DNA from: Bdellovibrionota bacterium
Lineage (GTDB): Bacteria > Bdellovibrionota_C > UBA2361 > JBGSMV01
Assembly (NCBI GenBank): GCA_044356455.1
Contig: JBIKWF010000044.1
Span: 1 to 32,139 of the forward strand
Reading direction: 5' to 3'
Length of the DNA: 32,139 bases
Shown: piece after piece, positions 10,034 through 16,962 of the stretch
How the letters are laid out: each line of letters opens with the position of its first letter
Numbering within the stretch: position 1 is the stretch's first letter
The notes under the pieces: generated by a model
What the model was told of the DNA's origin: nothing
Databases searched by the model: none
What the model saw: only the letters and a program-made list of their open reading frames with translations
Made by a program: the position numbers and the translations under genes

Positions 10034-11734
10034 CTACGGGATGGTCACGTAGATGTTCTGATTCGCGGTGTTCCGTCCGCCCGTAAGGCTTGCACCCGCA
10101 GCTGAAAGAGTAATCCCATACGTGCCGGGAGCGGACCCGATTCTTGCAAGGCAAGACTTAAGGTCTACCGTGAAGGAGAGCAAATTACTCGCCGATGCGG
10201 GACGGTCTGTCTGCTGATCGGTGAGAGGGTTTAAATTCGCGCCTTGATTTGAGAGCGGGCTGTTTCCGTTTCCAAGGGGAGAGCTGTCCTCTGCCAGATC
10301 ACTTGAGAGTGCGCTGTAGAAGCCTCCGCAAGTTGCCTGCGCCTGGTCAATAATCACGCCATAGTTGAGAGATCCGAAATCTTGGTAGCCAACCTCGGTG
10401 CCAACGGGCTCGCGCTGTGGGCGCCAGAAGGAGAGGGTGAGCAAACCATCTGAACCAAGTACAATAGGATTTCCCTGCGAAATCCCTGGGATACTTCCTA
10501 TTTCAGGGGTAACAGAGGTGTAATCCACGGTGGTCGTTGTTCCGTTCGCGGTGTAATCCTTTATGGCCGGAACCGAGATAAAATAAGGGGGAAGCGAGAA
10601 GGTGCGCGAAGATACTTCAGCAGTGCCCGAGGTGAGCACGACTCGGTACATATCTCCAGCTCGAAAGACATCGCGACCAACGCGCGGCTGCATTGAAAGC
10701 ACCAGCGCAGGACGCCCACCTACCGAAATGCGTTCAAGGATTGGATGTCCCGAAGAGTTAAGAAGAGAACTCATCGGCCCACGATAGGCCTCTGAGCTTT
10801 CTGAGACACCGCCTGAAAAGCCAAGGGGAGTGTTCGGGCGGCAATAGGAAAGTGCTTCTCCGCATACCAAATATCCTCCGTCGATAGGACTATCATCGGG
10901 AAGTGAGATAAAGAAGGTTGATGCGAAAAAGTTTTCGCCAGAAACAATGGCATCAATAGCTTCATTCGAAAGTCCGCTACGCACATGAGCGTTGAGCGTC
11001 CGCCTAAAATCGAAATTTAGTCCTACATAGGGAGTATCAGTGCCCTCGGAGGCGGGATCTGCGGAGTCGAGGATTCCGTTGCCGTTATCGTCGGCATCGA
11101 GAGAATTCATAATTCCGTCTCGGTCACCGTCTTCTCCAGGACTCGTGGCGGCTGCTGTGGTAAGTGGGGATGTGGCGAGAGACGACATGCTGGTGCTGAC
11201 AATGCCAGAGTTCCCCGCGCCGGTCGGCTTTCCTGAGCCGTTAGCGGTTACTTTCGGAGCGGTATAAATCCCCGCAGGTAGATTTGCGGGAGCGGAGGCA
11301 TAGCCACTTTTGAGCTTCATCTTGCCAAGATTCAGAATCTTGGAGCTGCTCGGGTTGCTTCCACTAAAGGTAATCGAGACCTTTTTCCCCTTCTTGCCAA
11401 GGACTACGGGACCATAATACCGACCATCGGTTCCGATTAGTTGTAGCGAAGCATTCTTGAGCTTGCTCAGTTTCACCCCCGAGAAGCTAAATGCGCCGCT
11501 GGCGGGCAGAAGCTTAGTCTTGGAAGAGCCGTCCTTATTAAGGAGGGCAATCGTATATCCACTCGCGCCTTTTACTGAGCCTTTAAGCCTCACGGACTGG
11601 GCCTGTGCCTGGCTGGGGATAAGGCTGCATAGCGCTATTGCCGCAGAAGCGAGAAGGAAGGTGGAAGAAATTGGTCTCATCATGCTGGTTTTCTCGGATG
11701 TGGCGCGGAATTTCTTAATAGCAGGAGATGCCAT
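10034..11734 (-). CDS. Secreted hypothetical protein with a DxDxDG/thrombospondin type-3-like Ca-binding motif
   Basis: Signal peptide ending in AQA (possible start 11683), Lys-rich beta domain, Ser/Thr linker, and DGDRDGIMNSLDADDNGNGILDSAD. Confidence 0.7.
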   Translation of the reverse strand: MASPAIKKFRATSEKTSMMRPISSTFLLASAAIALCSLIPSQAQAQSVRLKGSVKGASGYTIALLNKDGSSKTKLLPASGAFSFSGVKLSKLKNASLQLIGTDGRYYGPVVLGKKGKKVSITFSGSNPSSSKILNLGKMKLKSGYASAPANLPAGIYTAPKVTANGSGKPTGAGNSGIVSTSMSSLATSPLTTAAATSPGEDGDRDGIMNSLDADDNGNGILDSADPASEGTDTPYVGLNFDFRRTLNAHVRSGLSNEAIDAIVSGENFFASTFFISLPDDSPIDGGYLVCGEALSYCRPNTPLGFSGGVSESSEAYRGPMSSLLNSSGHPILERISVGGRPALVLSMQPRVGRDVFRAGDMYRVVLTSGTAEVSSRTFSLPPYFISVPAIKDYTANGTTTTVDYTSVTPEIGSIPGISQGNPIVLGSDGLLTLSFWRPQREPVGTEVGYQDFGSLNYGVIIDQAQATCGGFYSALSSDLAEDSSPLGNGNSPLSNQGANLNPLTDQQTDRPASASNLLSFTVDLKSCLARIGSAPGTYGITLSAAGASLTGGRNTANQNIYVTIP

Positions 11735-11997
11735 GGAAAGAAGGCCAGGGGGGCGGGGAGTAAAACCTCATTTTGGAGGGGGACGTAATTTTATAACCGT
11801 GCGATGAGGTCCCCACTCGAAGATTCGGTTTTCAGATAAAAACTGTGCGGGATAGGGCAGTTGCAGGTATGTGGGCAGGCGCAAAGCTTCTCCCGGGCTC
11901 TCTCCTCATTTTTCCTATCCGCGATTGCTCACAGCCCCTATGTGCTAGGGCGAGAGGTTTTGCGGCGCCGGAGGGAACCGGCGCCCTACCAAGGGGC

Positions 11998-12498
11998 TCA
12001 TTCCAAAAGTCGAACCTTTCCCTCGTCGCCGAGTGCATTAAATTCTACTCTTCTATTCTTTGCCCATGCATCTTCGCTGTGGCTTACTTCAAGGGGGCTG
12101 CTCTCTCCGAAGCTCATCGTTTCAATGCGCTCTCGAACGATCCCAAGTGATTCAAGGTAGTCCGCTGCGGTAATGGCTCTGCTTTTAGCAAGAGAGAGGT
12201 TGTACTGCGTTGTCCCACGTTCATCTGCATGCCCCTCAATGCGTACGGTCATTCCAGGATTCACCTCTAGCCACGCTGCGTTCTTTTGCAGAGTACGTTT
12301 GCTACCCTCTGAAAGGTCATATCTATCAAAAGCAAAGTAAACGTTTTTCATTTGGTAGCTCTCGGCAGCCACTTGAGTTGACCCTGGCTGCATCATTGCT
12401 CGTGGTTCGTCATACACAACGGCGCGTGTGCGGCACGCGCATCCGGCGCATGCGGCAAGGGAAACTATCCCGATAAGAAGTCTGAATGTTGGTTTCAT
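11998..12498 (-). CDS. pal: Peptidoglycan-associated lipoprotein (Pal/OmpA C-like domain)
   Basis: Lipobox (LAAC or CAGC) after ATG 12498; VYFAFDRYDL, IEGHADERGTTQYNLSL, SFGESSP and WAKNRRVEF motifs. Confidence 0.88.
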   Translation of the reverse strand: MKPTFRLLIGIVSLAACAGCACRTRAVVYDEPRAMMQPGSTQVAAESYQMKNVYFAFDRYDLSEGSKRTLQKNAAWLEVNPGMTVRIEGHADERGTTQYNLSLAKSRAITAADYLESLGIVRERIETMSFGESSPLEVSHSEDAWAKNRRVEFNALGDEGKVRLLE

Positions 12499-12590
12499 AA
12501 ATCGGTACCTTTTTGTTTGGTGATCTATCGCACCCAGAGTCAACACCTTGGGTCATGCCTGTTCTTGTACGAAAGTTTGCGGCCCTCATG

Positions 12591-12606
12591 TATGACGTGT
12601 GTCATA
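12591..12606. promoter_or_regulatory. Crp/Fnr-type palindromic operator TATGAC-GTGT-GTCATA
   Basis: Perfect 6-4-6 palindrome between divergent pal and DUF1328. An extended -10 (TG-c-TATCTT, 12625-12633) has its hexamer 21 nt downstream. Confidence 0.75.
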
Positions 12607-12685
12607 GGGCGCCTTTCATTCTGCTGCTATCTTCGCTCACAAGAGCTCGGCTCACGGTGAGGCCGACAAAATCTGGAGATTTTTT

Positions 12686-12853
12686 ATGTTAAATTGGGCA
12701 CTCACTTTTCTCGTCCTTGCAATAGTTGCCGCAGTACTTGGATTCGGCGGATTGGCTGCAGACTCGGCCTACATTGCAAAGATACTCTTCGTGGTCTTTC
12801 TTGTAGTGGCTGTGATAAGTTTCGCCACAGGTCGTCGTGTTAATATTGGATAG
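12686..12853 (+). CDS. ytjA: DUF1328 (YtjA/UPF0391) small membrane protein, 55 aa; absent from the ORF track
   Basis: GGAG SD at 12675-12678. Translation [55 protein letters not shown] matches the family pattern. Confidence 0.93.
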   Translation: MLNWALTFLVLAIVAAVLGFGGLAADSAYIAKILFVVFLVVAVISFATGRRVNIG

Positions 12854-12894
12854 GGATGAGTGTTCGGCCTCGTTACGTGGCAAGAATAGAAAGA

Positions 12895-12933
12895 AGCCGT
12901 CCTCTGAAAGCCAGGTGGCTACTGAGGACGGCT
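12895..12933 (-). terminator. Putative intrinsic terminator between convergent DUF1328 and SYLF genes
   Basis: AGCCGTCCTC/GAGGACGGCT 10-bp stem followed by a T-rich tract on the minus strand. Confidence 0.6.
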
Positions 12934-12955
12934 CGGCTGCCTGTCCCGTATTTAA

Positions 12956-13669
12956 CTACGGAAGAAGCTTGGTAAGCCTCTGAGAATATCTCGTGGTATC
13001 GGGCGTCTCTCGTCCCTCAAGTAGTTCAGTATAATCCACCGCTTTGCCGTAATAGCTGGTAATCGCTTCGTCATCTTTGCTCATGGTTCCACCATTGACT
13101 GATGCGCCGGCAAAAAGCCCTTCGCTTCTACTGTAAGCGATGACTCCCGCCCGTGAAGTGTCAATGCTGCTATCAAAGTTCCCGGCAACGGCACTTACGT
13201 CAGTTCCAAGCGCGAATCGCCCGCGTCTCAGGGCCTGCACGGCGTCGTTGTTTTGAAAAAAGAATACCAAATCGGCGGATTTGGCACCTGCTTGGAGACC
13301 AAGACTTGCTTGGTTGATTGAGATAGCCCCAGGGGTGCTCCACGTATTATCAGAGCTTTTGCACATCGCGAGACCATTTCCGTGAGTCCCTCCTACAAGA
13401 AGAGCTCCCGTAATGACATTCGGGAAAATAGCTACGCAACGCGCATTGCTGAGCACACTTGCCGGAACTTCCCCATGAGAACCTCGTACTACGGCAGAAT
13501 AGACGGCCGCAGAATCGTCAACTAGTTTATGGAAGCGAGCGCGATCCTTAGAATCTCCCATGCGTGCACGCATATTCATCTCCTGACTTTCAGCCATGAG
13601 AGGAGTAGGTGGTGTTGCCAAGGGAAGGCTCATCAGAGTGGCGAGCGCCAAAAGTATTGTTCGTTTCAT
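12956..13669 (-). CDS. Lipid-binding SYLF (Ysc84 actin-binding-like) domain protein, secreted
   Basis: Signal peptide; ARCVAIFPNV, GGTHGNG, SLGLQAGAKSADLV and YSRSEGLFAGASVNG motifs. Confidence 0.9.
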   Translation of the reverse strand: MKRTILLALATLMSLPLATPPTPLMAESQEMNMRARMGDSKDRARFHKLVDDSAAVYSAVVRGSHGEVPASVLSNARCVAIFPNVITGALLVGGTHGNGLAMCKSSDNTWSTPGAISINQASLGLQAGAKSADLVFFFQNNDAVQALRRGRFALGTDVSAVAGNFDSSIDTSRAGVIAYSRSEGLFAGASVNGGTMSKDDEAITSYYGKAVDYTELLEGRETPDTTRYSQRLTKLLP

Positions 13670-13690
13670 AAATGTTTTCCTTTCTTTTCT

Positions 13691-13966
13691 TTAAAATCTG
13701 AAGCGGGGAGTAGTAGGGCTGCTGCTAAAACCACGTAAGAGCACAAGGAGAAGAACCGCGCCGATAAGGGCGGTGCTGGTATTTCCCATCCAGGCTCCCG
13801 CAGGGAACTCGAACCCCGCCTTAAAGAGAGCTCCGCCAGTCACTGCCCCTACGATTCCCACGCTAAAATCGTTGATGACGCCCTGAGGGGCCTCCCCCGG
13901 GAACCACGCCGTAGTGCACCAGCCCGCAACGAGACCAATCAGAATCCACAGCAGAATATTTTCCAT
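13691..13966 (-). CDS. GlsB/YeaQ/YmgE family stress-response membrane protein
   Basis: ATG 13966 with an AGGAG SD; WILIGLVAGW, VGIVGAVTGG and ALIGAVLLL motifs. Confidence 0.88.
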   Translation of the reverse strand: MENILLWILIGLVAGWCTTAWFPGEAPQGVINDFSVGIVGAVTGGALFKAGFEFPAGAWMGNTSTALIGAVLLLVLLRGFSSSPTTPRFRF

Positions 13967-14092
13967 ACAAAAACTCCTCAAACCGTTCTGGTAGCCCGCG
14001 GTTTACTCAAGTAAAGCTGAGGTGAAGAGTGAGAGACTTCACGGTGCTTGGCTTCCGCTGTCAGAGGTTGTCTCAAAAAGCACCTAGTGAGG

Positions 14093-14108
14093 TATGACCT
14101 CAGTCATG
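14093..14108. promoter_or_regulatory. Crp/Fnr-type operator TATGAC-CTCA-GTCATG
   Basis: Lies between divergent GlsB/YmgE and hlyIII. TATTTT at 14131-14136 is 22 nt downstream. Confidence 0.7.
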
Positions 14109-14191
14109 GTACCCTGCAGAGAGTACGTCCTATTTTCTCTCTCTTTTTGCAGGAGTCAGTCGCTCCTGGCGCTACTTTTTTGTTGCACTAC

Positions 14192-14866
14192 ATGAAATGG
14201 ACCCTTCGTCTAAGAGAACCTTTTTCTTCTGCTTCCCATCTATCTGGTGCGATTGCGGGAGTTTTTGGCGCGGCGTATCTCCTGAGCTGCTGTGACCAGA
14301 GCTGGACATCAGTCCTCGGCATTCTTGTATACAGCCTCGCTCTTGTCGGGCTTTTCCTCGTGAGCGGCCTTCTCCACGGACTGCACTGCTCTGAGGAGAC
14401 CATTGAAAGGCTTGAGCGATTGGACTACGCGGCGATTTATTTCTTCATCGCCGGGACCTACACGCCCATTTGTCTCTTTGTTATTCGTGGCTGGTTTGGA
14501 GCCGGGCTGCTGGCCGCGGAATGGGGGCTTGCTTTTGTGGGCGCCTGGACCGCACTGGCGAGAGGGCAGTATACCAGGGCAGGCCTCCCATACGGTAAGC
14601 GCGAGCGTACTACTCAAGTGGCCCTTTTCTTGGCGATGGGCTGGGCATTTGTACTTGCCCTTCCTTCGCTCTCGAAGGCTCTTAGCCCCATGCCATTTGC
14701 ACTCCTATTACTTGGGGGCTTTTTCTACTCGGTCGGGGCTGTGGTATTTGCACTAAATAAGCCCAATCTCTTTCGTGCACGCTGTTCCGCTCACGATTTC
14801 TGGCACTTGCTTGTGCTCCTCGGAAGCTCCGCGCATTTCGCAGCGATTGCTCAAGTCGTGCGCTAA
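14192..14866 (+). CDS. Hemolysin III / PAQR family membrane protein (TrhA-like)
   Basis: LREPFSSASH, RLDYAAIYFFIAGTYTP, GGFFYSVGA and HDFWHLLVLLGSSAHF motifs. ATG 14192 preferred over TTG 14048. Confidence 0.92.
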   Translation: MKWTLRLREPFSSASHLSGAIAGVFGAAYLLSCCDQSWTSVLGILVYSLALVGLFLVSGLLHGLHCSEETIERLERLDYAAIYFFIAGTYTPICLFVIRGWFGAGLLAAEWGLAFVGAWTALARGQYTRAGLPYGKRERTTQVALFLAMGWAFVLALPSLSKALSPMPFALLLLGGFFYSVGAVVFALNKPNLFRARCSAHDFWHLLVLLGSSAHFAAIAQVVR

Positions 14867-14895
14867 GAGTGCCCCCCCCGTAGAGAAATGCCTCA

Positions 14896-15504
14896 TCAAC
14901 GGGCGCAGGGCGCGCAAGCCATTCGCCAAGCCTGAATAACATTCTTGAGAGCGACCTCGGCCGCTTCCGCATGAACTCGAGGAGCTTCCTTGCTGATTTC
15001 TCGGGCCACTACCTCAGGCACTAAGGTGCCAATTTCAACGAGTAGGGGGAGGAGATTCTCTATATGTTTGAGAGCAACGGAGGCAATATCGTGGCATTTT
15101 AGGGCCAACGCCGAGGTATGTAGCAGCGTATTATTTAAGGCAACGGTATTCAGCGCGGAGAAATCATCTCTCAGGATTCGCGAGATTCTTCTTTGCTCTC
15201 TTCGTTCTTCTTCTCGTGAGCTGGGGTTGCTGCCCCTATTGGAGCGAGGCTCTCGCTTCCCCTCTGTGAGGGAACCATTTGCGAGGGTAAGGGGAACGTC
15301 GCGCTCGAGCTGATCAAGGAGCTCGTTAAGAGGGGTGAAATGTCCTTCGAGGGCCGTCTTTGTTTTTTCAAGCAGTGCCCTGGCATCAGCGTACTCTGCG
15401 CACTGTACTTCATGAAGTTGCTCCTCGACGTTCCGAAGGAGTTGCTCCTCTAAGGCGATTTGTTCCCTCAGATACTGTTTGAGAGTATCGATGTGATTTT
15501 CCAT
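14896..15504 (-). CDS. Ferritin-like four-helix-bundle protein (DUF892/YciF-like)
   Basis: ATG 15504 with a GAGGAG SD; amphipathic helices YLREQIALEEQL, LEGH, ILRDDFSAL and LLHTSALAL. Family assigned from pattern only. Confidence 0.6.
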   Translation of the reverse strand: MENHIDTLKQYLREQIALEEQLLRNVEEQLHEVQCAEYADARALLEKTKTALEGHFTPLNELLDQLERDVPLTLANGSLTEGKREPRSNRGSNPSSREEERREQRRISRILRDDFSALNTVALNNTLLHTSALALKCHDIASVALKHIENLLPLLVEIGTLVPEVVAREISKEAPRVHAEAAEVALKNVIQAWRMACAPCAR

Positions 15505-15593
15505 TACGCAACTCCTCTTGCACTTCGTAACCTTAGCCTTCGCAGGTCTCGTCCTTTCTGGCGATGATTCTGCGAGCACAATTTCTTACTCAC

Positions 15594-15609
15594 TATGAGG
15601 ATGGTCATG
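15594..15609. promoter_or_regulatory. Crp/Fnr-type operator TATGAG-GATG-GTCATG
   Basis: Overlaps the regulator's stop codon and lies about 90 nt upstream of the ferritin-like gene. CAGAAT on the minus strand (15572-15567) is 21 nt away. Confidence 0.65.
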
Positions 15610-16420
15610 CCTCAACAAGGAGCTGTAGCTCGTCTAGCTTTAGGATTCGAATGATACCGGGACGAGAAATGTCAAGAATACCATCGCGCTGCATTTGACG
15701 TGTGACTCGAATAGCGGTCTCTGGGGTGGTCCCGGTCAGGTCGGCCAACTGTTGGCGAGTAAATCTGATAGTAGGGGAATCCTTTTGAGGTAAGGTCTCT
15801 GCGAATTTGAGTGCAAGACTTGAAAGAACGGCCGCAATGCGAATCTCAACTCTGTCATGCGCAAGGCCTCGCGACAGACGATAGGACGACTGCAGGCAAA
15901 GGATGAGATGGCCAACTAAGAGGCGAAAGAGCTCTGGCCGAGCCCGAAGAACGTCGTCGAAGGCGCGGATCGGCATCATGATTACGCGCGTTTTGCGAAT
16001 AGGACGCGACGTGAGCTGCGCGGGTACGCGCTGCTCGGCTAAGTTAAGAAGAAGGCCAAACGTATCTCTTGATTGCAACAGCTCTACAATAAGCTCCTTT
16101 CCATTGATCGAGGTTTTGAGCATGGCAATCAGCCCAGACATTACAATAAATCCGTAGAGACTTTGATCGTCTCCCTCAATGGCAATGCTTTCACCACTGG
16201 CATAGTTCGCAATTCTGCACGTTGCGGCAAGTGCTCTGAGCTCGCCGGAAGGGAGCTCGCGTAGCTCGTGGAGTGAGCGAAGGAAATCAAAAATTTCCGC
16301 ACTCTCATTCCCATCAAGCGTCCTCGAATCTGCGATTTTTGCTCTGATAATTCCTCTTGGGTTGGGAGTAGTGTTTTGTGTCGCGAGGCTAGTGACGGGT
16401 GTGGGTTGATGAGTGTCCAT
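15605..16420 (-). CDS. Crp/Fnr family transcriptional regulator
   Basis: cNMP-type beta-barrel (FIVMSGLIAMLKTSINGKELIV), HDRVEIRIAAVL, and HTH TRQQLADLTGTTPETAIRV. Confidence 0.93.
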   Translation of the reverse strand: MDTHQPTPVTSLATQNTTPNPRGIIRAKIADSRTLDGNESAEIFDFLRSLHELRELPSGELRALAATCRIANYASGESIAIEGDDQSLYGFIVMSGLIAMLKTSINGKELIVELLQSRDTFGLLLNLAEQRVPAQLTSRPIRKTRVIMMPIRAFDDVLRARPELFRLLVGHLILCLQSSYRLSRGLAHDRVEIRIAAVLSSLALKFAETLPQKDSPTIRFTRQQLADLTGTTPETAIRVTRQMQRDGILDISRPGIIRILKLDELQLLVEA

Positions 16421-16589
16421 GGCTTACCATGGCACATCTCGGGTTTGAATGGAGTTATATTTCATAATGCGGGTCACGTGAGTTCTCTGCCCCCCCCTGT
16501 GCAAGTCCACCTTTCAGCTCATGTCGCTTGAGAGCCACTGGGAGGGGAAAGAGGCTGCCTCATCTACAGCGAAGATGGAGCGTTAGGCG

Positions 16590-16605
16590 TATGATCTTCG
16601 TCATA
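16590..16605. promoter_or_regulatory. Crp/Fnr-type operator TATGAT-CTTC-GTCATA
   Basis: Lies between the regulator and the 40-aa ORF/glucan synthase. TATGAT (16626-16631) is 20 nt downstream. Confidence 0.7.
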
Positions 16606-16658
16606 GGTGCACGAGCTAATCTGACTATGATGCTCGCTCAGAAAGTGGAGCAATAGTT

Positions 16659-16781
16659 ATGATACAGGTTACAAAAAGAACTCGGGCCGTTGTTTCTGCT
16701 GCCGCAGAGGAAGATTTACCTCCCTACGCCTGTGGAAACGTCTTCGTGGCCGATGCCGATGAGGTATTCCAGGTTCAGTAA
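16659..16781 (+). CDS. Putative 40-aa small protein; absent from the ORF track
   Basis: GGAG SD at 16647-16650, ATG 16659, MIQVTKRTRAVVSAAAEEDLPPYACGNVFVADADEVFQVQ, TAA-TAG double stop, upstream promoter elements and a downstream hairpin. Confidence 0.6.
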   Translation: MIQVTKRTRAVVSAAAEEDLPPYACGNVFVADADEVFQVQ

Positions 16782-16786
16782 TAGAC

Positions 16787-16820
16787 ACCCCATGGCATCA
16801 CCTCACTGATGCCATGGGGT
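16787..16820 (+). terminator. Strong hairpin after the small ORF (terminator or attenuator)
   Basis: Perfect 14-bp stem ACCCCATGGCATCA/TGATGCCATGGGGT with a 6-nt loop, followed by TCCCCTTTTC. Confidence 0.65.
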
Positions 16821-16962
16821 TCCCCTTTTCCTCCGTACTCAAGTTTCCCCCATCAGGACCCGTAGAGCGGGTTCGAGAGGAGTTACTATAAAGGCGCTTT
16901 TTGCGGCAAAGTTTTGGCCTCGCGTAGCGCAGGTCGGTAAGGGAGCGTTTTGCGTTCCCTCG

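Noticed and set aside
12689..12883. 64-aa Cys-containing minus-strand ORF from the track
   Set aside because: It is an antisense shadow of the well-supported DUF1328 gene on the + strand.
16658..16673. TATGATACAGGTTACA as a second box
   Set aside because: It has two mismatches in the right half and is better explained as the start codon region of the 40-aa ORF. A weak site cannot be excluded.
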